A DNA stretch of 64,000 nt from Macrostomum lignano (Eukaryota): positions 3,546 to 67,545 of the forward strand of contig NIVC01003957.1 of assembly GCA_002269645.1 (NCBI GenBank). The letters are read 5' to 3'. Shown piece by piece: positions 33,482 to 47,800 of this stretch (position 1 is its first letter; each line of letters starts with the position of its first letter). A model generated the notes under the pieces. The model had not been told where the DNA came from. It did not search any database and saw only the letters and a list, made by a program, of their open reading frames with translations. The position numbers were made by a program, and so were the translations under genes.

Positions 33482-36400
33482 CTTAGCTTAACATAGCATT
33501 GAAAATTGTTGCATGCAATGAGTAAAAATTCTGAGTGTATCTTCTTCAGGTTTTTGTCAAAATTATATAAAATGCTATCATACCTGAACCCTTCTTCATA
33601 ATTGAAAATTATAGGCAAAGCTAATAGAAAGGTTGTTTACTAATCTAAAAGTAATATATTCTTAGATTCTGCAATAAATAACTTAATTATAGAGTTAAAG
33701 TATTAATACTAGTCTATTATATACAATTAATAATATTGGCCTCTTGAAAAAAGAGTCAGAGAGCAAAATGATTTTTTAATAAAAAAATGCTAATTAATTT
33801 TGATATTTCAAAACTTGAATGCATACTAATACAGCATCTATATTAAACAAAATTTAAAATTGTCACTATAAACCATCTTAGATACAATAATATGCCTAAG
33901 CAAGAGTTGGAAAACCTTATGCCATTTGTAATTTAATCAGCTGAAGTCAATCACTTTACCAATGCTTTAGGATAATAGCTTTCAATATTTGTAACTTTAT
34001 ATGCTAATGTTTTAAATATTATATATGAGGAAGGCCCCTCTCGTTTTATGTAAAAATTCAATTGCTAGTACGCATTTCAAACTCGCGCTAAAACTAAGAA
34101 TGACATTTTGTTTTACTATTTGTGTTTTCCAAAATATTTTCACAATTTATTTTTTGTTAAAACTAGACCTAAAAATTGGTATAAATAGAAGCGAATTTCG
34201 CTGAAAGAGGAGCAACCGGTTTGGTCTCATTTCATGACTTGCTCTTGCACCTTAAGTGGTAACATAGTTAAGAAGTGTTTCAAGTAAATATTGAAAAGTA
34301 TTTTCCGAGTTTTTCATTTGCAGAAGTAAGAGTGAAGTAGATGGAAGTGTGTACCATATATACTACTAGGAAGGAAAGTATTGAGTAGTAAGAGAATTAC
34401 AAAGTAGATCTAGATCGATATATGTAAGAATAACCAGAGGCTGTGACCCTCTGATCTCAGTAACACCTAGGACTTGGAAAGTACATGCAATATGTATACC
34501 AGTAAAGCCAATATACCGCTCAAGCCAAATCATTAGAACACTACTAGGAACATTATAAATGCTACCAGAATAATAGAGGAGAGATACTTGTAAGGACTGA
34601 ATAATATACTCAGACATATTCTAAGAAACAATATTACTAGACTTATTCTAAGATTAATAAACTCATAATTTATTAATAGAATAGTCTTGGTGACAGCTAC
34701 CAACATTAAGACATTTAATAATAACCCCCCAACTTGGTGGCATTGTGGAATCATTTATAAAGACAGAAATTAAGCCCTGTAACAACTTAGTGACAGCTAG
34801 GGAATCATTTGTAGAGACAGAAGAATCATGCCTTTGACAACTTGGTGGCAGCTTTAGGATATTTAATAAATAGGAATTAGACAAGTAGCCCTGTTACAGT
34901 TGGTGGCTAACTGGTGAGATTCTGTATTATATAGGAACACCACTTCAACAACTTGCTTGCAGCAGTGGGATAATTTCAGTGAGAGCAACCACCCCTACAA
35001 CAACTTTGGTGGCATTAATAGGATTTCTAGAGAGAGCTAAAAGGCCTGTTACATATAATATGAATTAATTTGATATTATACTTTTATATCATAATTTATG
35101 ATAATGCTTTGTGTAGGAAAATTTCTCTCTTAGAAATACATTTGAGTTTAATTTCTAATATGGATAGTATAAAGCAAAATATTGAATAAAAATGATAAGA
35201 TAATGAGCTATTTAGGTACATGCAGACAGCAATTTTTTCCTATGCAAACAATGCAATATCCTGATTGCAATGGCTTATATCGCACAATATAAGCAAAGAT
35301 ATGCAGTTTATTAATATAGGCTTAGATAAAGTTAAGTTAATTATAAGAAAAAGTCAACTAGGCCTTAGTCTATAACAAATAAAAAATATTCATCATATTA
35401 TACATACAAAATATTATTCTAAATTCCTTTAAACTGGAAGTTTATGAAATATTGGAGACTAGACACAACAATGATTGCAAAATTGCTTGCATGGTCAATA
35501 AAGCCTAAACAAACATGCATCATTTAGCAATTAGCATATCTAAATAAAACAAACTGATAGCAATTGATAACAAAAGGCATGTCCAGCAGCAGATAGAACA
35601 ACTGGATTTGGGTTAGAATAGGCCTATACTCTTACTTTTTTTATTTGTAAATTTTAAATAATCTTGTTAATACTAATACTAATAGGTTGATTAAATATTC
35701 GAAACAAAAAAAATTTAAAGCGTAAAGTCCTAATAGATTTTTCAAAAGTCCAGTGACAAATAGAAAAAAAAATTACTTAATAAAAACATTTCCGTTTTTC
35801 GCAAGCATCTGCCGCCGCTATAGACTTCGCGGTCGCCACGCAGTTTGAATTTAAAAACGTACAGTAGGTAACGTAAAACAATTTGATCAATTACAGGAAT
35901 TTTAAATCGATCAAACTAAGTGAGCAGTTTCTAATGAAATAATATATATATGTGAAGCGTAGATCAGTAAATCTTTATGAAATTTACTGATTTTGGACTA
36001 AAAAATTTCAGTCCAGCGACCACCGTCTTACCAACAAATTCGCAAAACTCAAATGTGGAATTCGACAGACAAACTGTAAGTGTATGCAGGTCTAGTTAGT
36101 AGACACTGCCATTAAAATTCCCTCTTTAAGGCGTGTGAAATTGCGAAAAATCTTAGAATTGTATTATCATAAAACATGCGCAATAGGCGACTAAATTTGG
36201 TATATTTTTCTCAGAAATCGTACCTCAAGAAGTTATAAAAGATGGAAGAGTGGGACCATGATTGAATTGGAATTCACGGGTGTGACTATTGAAACCAAAC
36301 CGGAGTCTAAAGAGATTAGTCGAGTTATTGAAATTAGAAATTAATGAATACAGTAGTTTTGCATTCGGTGGCATGCATTACGATAGAATAAGCAAACTAA

Positions 36401-36567
36401 ATATAAATTACTTAAATCCTTATTAGGCAAACCGGTTTCTCTAAAAGCGTGTATATATGAATCTAAACTAGGCTTCATTCATACATAATAATCCATACTG
36501 AGACACCGACACCAAACTTAAGCCAGTTAAGAGTGCGTATTTCAAGTTCATTATACTCGTAATTGAT

Positions 36568-39500
36568 TTAGCTCTGATCGAGATCGCCCTGCAGGCGGTG
36601 GTATTCCCGCAGGCGGAGCGCGTTAATCCGAATGAAGCCTTCAGCGTCCCGAGGCTCATAGTTGCCCTGCACGTCCATGCTGACCAGCTCCTGGTTGTAC
36701 AGACTGAACTCCGAGTCTCTGGCGGTCACGTGCACTCCGCCCTTGAATAGAGACAGCTGCACGGTGCCGGAGACACGCTCTTGGGATCTGGTGAGCGAAT
36801 AGCGGGAGAGAATCTAAGGAAACAGTCTTATATTGATTGTTACGAGCGGAACGGAATATTTAGGAAGATCTGATAACAAAAACTAAAGATTAGTCGCAGA
36901 AAGGATTGAATGTTTTTGACAGTCTATAGCCTAACGCCTGCCTTGTTACTCTGGGAGTCTGTCAGTTCAATTCACCAATCAGTTTGGTCCCTCTGCGAGT
37001 TAGTCAAATTACTCTTGACTAGTAGAGTGTGCCGGGTCTTTGTAAGTCTGTCATTTTGTTCCACTAATACTTTGGTCACTACACTAACCATGATCACTCC
37101 ACTAACTCATAGGTCACCTCTACAAACTCTTTGGTCACTTCACAAACTCTTTAGTCACTCCACAAACTCTTTTGGTCACTCTAAAAACTCTTTGGTCCCC
37201 CCACTAACTCTTTGGTCACTCTACTAACTCTTTGGTCACTCCACAAACTCTTTGGTCCCCCCACTAACTCTTTGGTCACTCCACAAACTCTTTGGTCCCC
37301 CCACTAACTCTTTGGTCACTCTACTAACTCTTTGGTCACTCCACAAACTCTTTGGTCCCCCCACTAACTCTTTGGTCACTCCACAAACTCTTTGGTCCCC
37401 CCACTAACTCTTTGGTCACTCCACTAACTCTTTGGTCACTCCACAAACTCTTTGGTCCCCCCACTAACTCTTTGGTCACTCTACTAACTCTTTGGTCACT
37501 CCACAAACTCTTTGGTCCCCCCACTAACTCTTTGGTCACTCCACAAACTCTTTGGTCCCCCACTAACTCTTTGGTCACTCTACTAACTCTTTGGTCACTC
37601 CACAAACTCTTTGGTCCCCCACTAACTCTTTGGTCACTCCACAAACTCTTTGGTCCCCCACTAACTCTTTGGTCACTCCACTAACTCTTTGGTCACTCCA
37701 CAAACTCTTTGGTCCCCCCACTAACTCTTTGGTCACTCTACTAACTCTTTGGTCACTCCACAAACTCTTTGGTCCCCCCACTAACTCTTTGGTCACTCCA
37801 TAAACTCTTTGGTCCCCCCACTAACTCTTTGGTCACTCTACTAACTCTTTGGTCACTCCACAAACTCTTTGGTCCCCCCACTAACTCTTTGGTCACTCCA
37901 CTAACTCTTTGGTCACTCCACAAACTCTTTGGTCCCCCCACTAACTCTTTGGTCACTCCACAAACTCTTTGGTCCCCCCACTAACTCTTTGGTCACTCTA
38001 CTAACTCTTTGGTCACTCCACAAACTCTTTGGTCCCCCCACTAACTCTTTGGTCACTCTACTAACTCTTTGGTCCCCCCACTAACTCTTTGGTCACTCCA
38101 CAAACTCTTTGGTCCCCCCACTAACTCTTTGGTCACTCTACTAACTCTTTGGTCACTCCACAAACTCTTTGGTCACTCCACAAACTCTTTGGTCACTCTA
38201 CTAACTCTTTGGTCACTCCACAAACTCTTTGGTCCCTCCACAAACTCTTTGGTCACTCCATAAACTCTTTGGTCACTCCACAAACTCTTTGGTCACTCCA
38301 CAAACTCTTTGGTCACTCCACTAACTCTTTGGTCACTCCACAAACTCTTTGGTCACTCCATAAACTCTTTGGTCACTCCATAAACTCTTTGGTCACTCCA
38401 CAAACTCTTTGGTCACTCCATAAACTCTTTGGTCACCCCACTAACTCTTTGGTCACTCCACTAACTCTTTGGTCACTCCACAAACTCTTTGGTCACTCCA
38501 TAAACTCTTTGGTCACCCCACTAAATCTTTGGTCACTCTACTAATCTTTTGGTCATTTATATACTAAAAATTTACAAAATGACTAAATTTACTATTAGAA
38601 AAACTTTTTTCTGCAGCTATTACAAAAATTTAAAGGATTGCTTTTAAAAAATGAAAGATTCATAAACTTTACTTTACGTTAAAAAGGAATTTATAGTTCA
38701 AGTTGATTAACGAATGAAAAATATAGTTTGAAATTACGATAGTCCAATTATGCCAATTGAAGTAAAGTAATACAACCCCCCCCGATCCACCTACCGCTTG
38801 ATGCAGTCGCGCAGGAATTTACACTCGGGTGAGAACCAGAAGCCTCTGTAGACCTGCTCGCCAAAGTCCAACGCCAGCCGTTGCTTGATGCGTCGCAGCT
38901 CGCGGTCCATCGTCAGCACCTCGATGTCGATGTGAGCCTGGCGCAGGATTGTACCAGCGGGGGTCTCGTAGACTCCGCGACTCTTCATGCCGATGAACCG
39001 GTTCTCCACGATGTCAACACGGCCGATGCCATGCTCGCCGCTGCAACGAGCCATTTCGGTTGAGGCTTTGGTCACTCAGCCGGGCAATTTGGTCACTCTA
39101 CCTAGCTGTTTGGTCACTCTACCTGGCTGTTTGGTCACTCTACCGGGCTGTTTGGTCACTCTACCGGGCTGTTTGGTCACTCTACCTGGCTGTTTGGTCA
39201 CTAGCTGGCTGTTTGGTCACTCTACCTGGCTGTTTGGTCACTAGCTGGCTGTTTGGTCACTAGCTGGCTGTTTGGTCACTAGCTGGCTGTTTGGTCACTC
39301 TACCTGGCTGTTTGGTCACTAGCTGGCTGTTTGGTCACTAGCTGGCTGTTTGGTCACTAGCTGGCTGTTTGGTCACTCTACCTGGCTGTTTGGTCACTAG
39401 CTGGCTGTTTGGTCACTAGCTGGCTGTTTGGTCACTAGCTGGCTGTTTGGTCACTAGCTGGCTGTTTGGTCACTCTACCTGGCTGTTTGGTCACTAGCTG

Positions 39501-41813
39501 GCTGTTTGGTCACTCTACCTGGCTGTTTGGTCACTCTACCTGGCTGTTTGGTCACTAGCTGGCTGTTTGGTCACTCTACCTGGCTGTTTGGTCACTCTAC
39601 CTGGCTGTTTGGTCCCTAGCTGGCTGTTTGGTCACTAGCTGGCTGTTTGGTTACTAGCTGGCTGTTTGGTTACTAGCTGGCTGTTTGGTCACTAGCTGGC
39701 TGTTTGGTTACTAGCTGGCTGTTTGGTCACTAGCTTTCTGTTTAGTCATTCTACTGGGCCAATTTACTCTGTGTGGCTCTGCTTACGATGGGAGTCTGTT
39801 TGCCTCTCATCTGTATCAGCAAGCCTTTCCAAGTACAATTCTGCACAAAGAAACAAAGCCACGAACCCAATCTTGTTCAAGTAGGTGTACAGCTCCAGAC
39901 TGCCTGTGATCTCCTCTCCCGTAGTCAGGTTTGTCACCTTCACCGGGATACCCTGCTCGAAGCGGATGGAAATCCTGGCGGCCTGATCGGGCGCCTCAGC
40001 TGGGCTCTTCGTCATCGTGCAGAGGTCCTGCGGCGCCTCCACCTTCGGGTCCTCCAGAATTCCCGACTCGTAGCTGGTCAGGTCAGGGTTTGGTGCGAGT
40101 TGCGGCTTATTTCTGACTGAATATTCTCTCCGGTCTTTCTCGGCTCTCTCCCTTACTTAACCTCTCCTTTCTCTCCCCTGTCTCTCTTCCTCTCCCGTCT
40201 CTCTTCCTCTCCCGTCTCCTTCTATCCCGTCTCCCTTCCTCCCTGTCTGCCTCTCTCGTCTCTCCCTCTCCCGTCTCCCCTGTCTCCCTCTCCCCGTCTC
40301 CCTCTCTCCCGTCTACCCCTCTCCCCAGTGGGTCGCTTTCACAAGCGCTAATTTTTATAACCGCTAACGACATTGACTTTCACAAGCGCTAAATTTCACA
40401 AGCGTAGCTAATGTGAAGTTTAGCGCTTGTGAAAGTAGGTGAGTTAGCGCTTATGAAAATTAGCGCTTGTGAGGCCTCCCCTCCCCAGTCCCCAGTCTCC
40501 CTCTCTCCCTGTCCCTCTCTCCCTGTCCCTCTTCTCCCCTGTCTCTCTCTCTGTCCTTTATCTTCCCTTCTCCCTTGTCTTTTCCCCGCCTCTCCCCCAT
40601 CCCCCTTCTGTGGCTCCCGGGCAGACCCGTGGCGCACCTGATATGCATGAGGTTGCCGTCCATGCTCCATGGCGACTTAGGCGTCACCGGCAGCGGGATA
40701 TTGTGCGCCTTGGCGTACTCGAACAGCGCCTGCCGGCCAGCGAATCTCTCGTAGAACTCGGGCAGCCGCCAGGGCGACACGACTTCGACTTGAGGACACA
40801 GGGCGTAGCTGGCCAGCTCGAATCGGATCTGGTCGTTGCCTTTGCCTGTGGCGCCGTGGCTCACGTGGCTGGCGCCCTCCTCACTGGCCACCCGGATGAT
40901 GCCGCTAGCGATGCAGGGCCGGGCCAGGGCTGTGCCGAGCAGATACCTGCAGAGGGCGGGGGCAGTTGCCTGCTGTCATGCTCGAAACTTACGAGCGCTA
41001 GTCAAGGACTGCTTAAGTCAGGGTTCGGCAGACTTTTTACATGTTCCTCACGGGCCAGGTGAAGAATCCAGCTCATGGCTGCGGGCTAGATGAGAGTGGA
41101 AAGGAGAGGGAATAGATGAGAGACGAGATAAGAGATAAGAAAGAAGATAAGAGGAGAGAAGACGAGATAAGAGATAAGAAAGAAGATAAGAGGAGAGAAG
41201 ACGAGATAAGAGATAAGAAAGAAGATAAGAGGAGAGAAGACGAGATAAGAGATAAGAAAGAAGATAAGAGGAGAGAAGACGAGATAAGAGATAAGAAAGA
41301 AGATAAGAGGAGAGAAGACGAGATAAGAGATAAGAAAGAAGATAAGAGGAGAGAAGACGAGAGACGAGAGAATGGCGATAAGGGAGAGAGGAGAGGGGAA
41401 AGAGGAGAGGGGGAGAGGAGAGGGGAGAGAGGAGATAGCATACATACTACTTGCATACTACTGTCTCTACCCTATATGTACGTAGCTCTAATATATTTGG
41501 CAGCGCAGAAATTTGGAATTATTATTTGCACTATTTCCTGCCCTCACCTATCCTCATAGATGGCGTCAGCCTGCACGGCCGGGAAGATATAGTTATCAAC
41601 GAAGTCCCTGCGCAGGTCCAGGCACACGTATTTGATAGCGCCCAGCGACAAAGCCTTCTGCTTGGCCGCCTCGAAATCGTCATCCTGGCCAACATCGGCC
41701 GTGAATGCGATCACATCGTAGCCTTGCTCGATCAGCCAAACTAGAATACACGACGTGTCCAATCCGCCGCTGTAGGCTAGAACAATCTTCTTCTTTGGCT
41801 GACTAGCGCTCAT
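36568..41813 (-). CDS. ASS1: Argininosuccinate synthase, 415 aa. Exons 41548-41813, 40638-40946, 39867-40073, 38795-39040, 36568-36787
   Basis: [103 protein letters not shown]; four phase-2 GT-AG introns; 1248 nt. Confidence 0.97.
37070..38555. repeat. 20-bp minisatellite CTCTTTGGTCACTCCACAAA / CTCTTTGGTCCCCCCACTAA, ASS intron 4
   Basis: Direct reading. Confidence 0.95.
39067..39735. repeat. 19/21-bp minisatellite GCTGTTTGGTCACT(CTACCTG/AGCTG), ASS intron 3
   Basis: Direct reading. Confidence 0.95.
41100..41365. repeat. 39-bp purine-rich minisatellite, ASS intron 1
   Basis: GAGATAAGAGATAAGAAAGAAGATAAGAGGAGAGAAGAC, ~6 copies. Confidence 0.9.
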
Positions 41814-41912
41814 TGTGATACTCTTATTGCTGTAGTAATAACAAGTTAATCTACGTCAGGTGAAAACTGGATTTTTGGGGCGCACTCTGTGAGTCACAAG
41901 AGCTAGGGGGCA

Positions 41913-41920
41913 CTTTTATA
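41913..41920 (-). promoter_or_regulatory. Candidate TATA box of ASS1
   Basis: TATAAAAG on the minus strand ~100 nt upstream of the ATG. Confidence 0.45.
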
Positions 41921-44827
41921 CCTCAGTAAGAAACTTCCAGGCCTCCGGTTCCAACACAAATACAATCTGTACATTTCTCTCACTCCCCAACCCCTCCCCG
42001 CTCTGCGCCAGGGTAAATTAAAGGGGGAATGGAGGGGTGGTGGGTGCAGCGATAAAAGAACGGAGTGAATGTACATTCCACCGGCCCAGTGTACAATCCG
42101 ACCCGAACAAATCCAGTGGAATGGTCCAGTGAAAATTATAAAAAACCTTTTTAAAGCCATTGCAACAGCTGTCGAGTCTTCTTATTAAACACACAATAGA
42201 TAATGTAGCACGTCTAGCAGCTCTGATTTCTAAAGTTACCGAGGTGAATGTATAACAGTAGTACCAGATAGTACCAGATATACGCGCTCGTACCAAGGAA
42301 TAGCAGGAGCAATTATTGAATAAATACTACGAGCTCGGTTCGGTGAAGTAGCAATCCACGCAGACCTCTTTTATGTGCAGTTGTCATCATTGATTTTTTT
42401 AGTTGTCCCTGCAAGTTAAGCACCGGGTGTAGCAGCCACTAAAGCACATTTACCTGTATTGGGGGTCACTGAAGGACGATGGGTTATCCAAGGTTAACTT
42501 GGATAACGAAAAGTGGAAGCCAAAGAAACATAAAATTCAATCTGGCACCAAGCTAAGATTGTTTACATTAGAACATGCAAATGCGTCATTCAAAGTAAAT
42601 AATTTGAAGAGCGACAGACACCCGATTGAACTTCGAGATTAAAACCCGCTGCCTACCCCTAAGAATAATTAAAGTGCCTAACGAACCACGGCCTTAAAGA
42701 ATGGCCGTTAGGGTGAATAGAGTTGAAATCGACCTGAAGAGTTTCGGAATTTTGAAAATTGCAGGCAATCAAAAACTTAAGCCACTTTGGCGTCTTCCCG
42801 CACACAAGTTTAATGCCGGCTAATGGTTATTGTAAATATTTCATAATCTCTCCATAAGTAAATGGCGTATCCAACGATGCCCGATGGTAAACCAACCTCA
42901 ATCCCAAATTTTCACAAACCAACCTTTGGCTTATGACGAGAAATAACGAAGTCAAAAGATGAATACAAACAAATCGCAACATAATTAAGTGAAATGAAAT
43001 CCTATAGGTGACACCTTGAGACAGAAGAGCGCATCAAAAGAAAGCAACGACAGACAATTTTAAAGGGTGCGCGATTTATTGATTCAATTTATTGACGGCT
43101 TAATAGTTTTGCAGCCTCTTCCCAGATGACGACCTCGACCTGCTTATTCGAAAGCAAATAATATACAGTTCATTTACACATCGACAGATTAACTACAGAG
43201 TCCGCGCCAATAGTGGGATTAATTATATATTTATATCTAATATCCAAACTAAAAGTTCACCACAGACTTGTCGCGAAATTAAAAGGCTTTGAGTTTTTTT
43301 AATTGATTAAGAACTTATTAACAAAGCTAATGTAGTAAAAATGGTTGAAAAGCTAAGCGGCGGGAGGTTGGCAGTAAGGACAGGGGAGCCAGCCAATGAA
43401 AGTGGCGCTAGGTGGGGTAGAGAATGAAAGCAATGTACATTACAGAATGTACACGCACTGTGTGAGCTTAAATTGGCCAATTGCAAAAGGTCAGGGTGGG
43501 ATGTGGTGGGTGTATTTGCTTATCCGGAGCTAAAAATAGCAACACTAGAGTTAATAATGTACGGTTCATGTACATTGTACATGTAGGGCGAATGGTTTCC
43601 GTTTTATGAAGATTACTAAAAATAATTAACCGACAGAATGCGACAAGTCTGTTAGTCAGAAGCCTCATTGAAACAATTTTACATTTTGCTCAATTATTAT
43701 ACTCGTATATCCGGCTCACATAGATGTGAACTTCATTCACTATTTCCCAATATATAGTGAAATGAATTCAGTTCGACTGCTTTGATCCTAGCAATTCTTG
43801 AAGCTTCATAATTGGAGTAAAAATGAAGCTTAAAGGATGAAAAACCGCTTGAAAAGATCAAAATTAGCAAAGCCAAATTTAACGCTGTATTGATTTTGTC
43901 CGCTCAAAAACTCGACTATTCTTTAGACAGCTCAAGCCATTCCTAACTCCCCCCCCCCAAGGCGCTCAGCCGCACAGTTAACAATAATGAAAATAATAAA
44001 TTGACAAAAAAGGTGCGCCGGTTAAAATGAAAAGCTAAAAAAAAACACGCACACACAAAATCCCGCTAAGGACAGAAAGCAATAAGGGTACTTACATCAG
44101 TGAAGGAAAACCAAAGGAACACAATTAACTAATTTAGATTATATAGCACACACTGCAGATAAGCCCGCAGACTGAGCTGCTCCCGCTACAATCGGATAAA
44201 GACCAGTTACTGTATAAATAAGCACGTAAAATTTAATATATGTTCATTCAGTCTATAGTGGGTGCATCGCGCATTTAGCAAAGTTGTATTCATTTTTTTC
44301 TAATTAGAAGCGGAGCACATTAGTGATAATAATAACAAATAAACAAATAAAAAGGAATAATACGACAGGAGCAGGATAAACTAGACACGGCTAAAGCGAT
44401 CTCTCATACGCGAGTTTATTGTTTGATAAATAAACAAATTTTTAATCAAATTTTCGAGCTGAGGCTAAGGGAGGGCTTAGGTGCAATGTTATACACGCGG
44501 AGAGACAGCGGCACATGCTACTGTAAGTAGCCATACACTTTTTGCTCTATTCAAGAATTTCGGGACAATTTTCTCTCTGAAATAAAAACCTGAACAAACA
44601 AGAGGGGATTCGGGAGAGGGGGTAGCGGGGCCATTCTGGGACGAACAGGACAAGGTGCCGTCTATAACTTATTGCTTTGTTATCTGTTAGATTAGACCGA
44701 AGCGGAATACAGAGCTAAATAGACAGTCGCTTCGTGATTGGCTGAGGAGGGCAGGCGACGAAGGGGGCTCAGTCAGATGGACAGACAGTCTGACATGCTG
44801 GAGCTGGCAGGTTCGGACAGCCATTCC

Positions 44828-47800
44828 TTACAGCTTTTCAACCTTGCTGGACACAACCACGGGGTTGGCCTTGCGGATCTCCTCCTGGCCGAGGCTCTGG
44901 TAGTCAAAGTCGCACTCGTGCTTGTCGCTGTAGCGATGGATGGCGCAGTAGACTCCGCCGCAGCGGCACTCGAAGCCTGGGGTGCGGGAGGAATGGGCCG
45001 GTGAGGTGAGTCACTGACTGTGTGCGGTGGGTCACTGGCTGTGTGCGGTGAGTCACTGGCTGTGTGCGGTGAGTCACTGGCTGTGTGCGGTGAGTCACTG
45101 GCTGTGTGCGGTGGTCACTGGCTGTGTGCGGTGAGTCACTGGCTGTGTGCGGTGAGTCACTGACTGTGTGCGGTGGGTCACTGGCTGTGTGCGGTGGGTC
45201 ACTGGCTGTGTGCGGTGAGTCACTGACTGTGTGCGGTGAGTCACTGGCTGTGTGCGGTGAGTCACTGGCTGTCTGCGGTGGTCAATGGCTGTGTGCGGTG
45301 AGTCACTGACTGTGTGCGGTGGGTCACTGCTCACTGGCTGTCTGCGGTGGGTCACTGACTGAAGAGGCTGAATGAGGCAAAACAATGTGATATTTTCATT
45401 CTTACAAAACCAGCAGCCCGACACTTACCTGTCAAGCCGGTTTTCTTCTTGCACACTCCGCAACGATTGCGCTGCTTCTGCCGCGGCTTGTCCTCGGCGA
45501 CCGGCTTTGCGACCGACTCGGACTCTGCAATTTGGGGGGTTGGCGACCTGGATAGCTGCACACCTCCCCCCCCTCACCTGGGAGATCCGCTCCCTTCCTC
45601 AGATAGGCGATCCGCTCTCCCCCTCACCTGGGGAATCCGCTCTCTCCTTCACCTGGGGGATCCGCTCTCTCCCACACATAGGGGATCCGCTCCCCCTCTC
45701 ACCTGGAGGATCCGCTCTCTCCTTTACCTGGAGGATCCGCTCTCTCCTTCACCTGGGGGATCCGCTCTCTCCCACACATAGGGGATCCGCTCCCTCTCTC
45801 ACCTGGAGGATCCGCTCTCTCCTTCACCTGGGGGATCCGCTCTCCCTCACCTGGGGGATCCGCTCCCTCCCTCACCTGGGAGAGAGCATTCCATCAGTCT
45901 ATCTCTAACATTCCATCAGTCTATCTATAACATCTATGAGTCATCTCTAACATCTATGAGTCATCTCTAACATCTATGAGTCATCTCTAACATTGCATCA
46001 GTCTATCTATAACATCTTTGAGTCATCTCTAACATTCCATCAGTCTATCTATAACATCTATGAGTCATCTCTAAAATTCCAACAGTCTATCTATAACATT
46101 TATGAGTCATCTCTAACATTTCATCAGTCTATCTATAACATCTATGAGTCATCTCTAACATTTTATCAGTCTATCTATAACATCTATGAGTCATCTCTAA
46201 AATTGTATCAGTCATGTAGCACTCATATTATTATTATATCTAAATATACTAAATCTTATTATACTATTATTATTATTATTGTTATTAAATGGGTACCAGC
46301 ATTAGCTGGGGTAATTGAGGGTGTGTGGCGACCCCCCAGTCCTTGGACTGAACAGCCGTACGCAGCCTTCAGATGCGCCGCGCAATAGCTGCGGCTGAGC
46401 TGTCGGTTGTACATCTGCCCATCAGAGCAGGTGTAATCAATTATTATTATTATTAATATTATTATTATAATTATATTGCAATACTACTAAAGCCTTACCA
46501 GCGGCTTTTGAAGAGACGGCCTCAGCAACGGAGCGGGCGGTAGCGGCCTTCAGCTGCTCAACGGCGGACTCAGACGATGGAATGGAAGATTCTTCCAGCT
46601 GCTCAGCCTCCTTAGCCTTGGCGAGGATTGGCTCGCCAGTTGTCTCGACATCGTTTGCGGCAGTTGTAGCAGCGGCGGCCGGTTCCAGAAGTAGAGAGGC
46701 TGAATAGAAAGCAATAAATAAAATTCAAATGGGTCCAAATACAAAAACTTTTAGCAACTTTTCCCAGCTCAAACTGTAAGCAAACGGAATTGTACTTTTT
46801 CAAACAGAACTTGGCAACAATTGTGAAAAAAAATAAGAAACACCCGCTCTCCATCTCTCTTATGCGTTTAATCTGTGAACTTTGGCCAAGGATACTGATG
46901 CTAAAACACTGTATGGGTGTCCAGTTGCTAACGGCACAGCTTCTATCTATGGCCAAAACCGACAAATTTCTGAGGGTCGCATTGCAAAACCCGATAGCAA
47001 CAAGTACTCGGTATGCCCAGGATGAAGTAGGGATAAAAAGGGGGAATAACTTTCTTAGAATTGCATTGTTAGCAAGTGACCTATTTAGTGCCTTTAATAA
47101 ATTTGATTAAAAAAACTGGTATCAACGATCCGCATTGCTTGGATATTAAATGCTTGCTATTTTTACAGCATCTCAGCTGTTTAGCGCCCAGCAACTGCTG
47201 CGAATCAAGTTCGGTGCCAGTGCGTTTCCTGTCGGACAACTGGACAGGCCTGTCCGGCTGCTCGGACGGAGAAGCGGCGGCGGAGGCGGCACCGGACTCT
47301 GAACTCCCGAAAACAATGCAAAATTTGCTTGCTTGTTGAAAATTTCTGTCAGAAATCAGGCATTTAAATACTTGACACCAGGTTTGTGTGAGCAGATTAG
47401 CGTCCAGTTGCAGCCTGTCTGCTCTCGACAGGATCATTGTGAGCACTCCATCCGTGTATCTCATATTGTACATGTTTCTGTCACTCTACCTATGTATCTG
47501 TCACACAGCTCTCACACTACCCATACATCTGTCACTAGCCATGCATTTGCCACTCTACCAATGCATCTGTCACTCTACCTATGCATCTGTCACTCTACCA
47601 ATGCATCTGTCACTCTATTCATGCATCTGTCACTCTATTCATGCATCTGTCACTCTACCTATGCATCTGTCACTCTACCAATGCATCTGTCACTCTACCA
47701 ATGCATCTGTCACTCTATCCGTGCATCTGTCACTCTATCCATGCATCTGTCACTCTATCCGTGCATCTGTCACTCTATCCATGCATCTGTCACTCTACCA

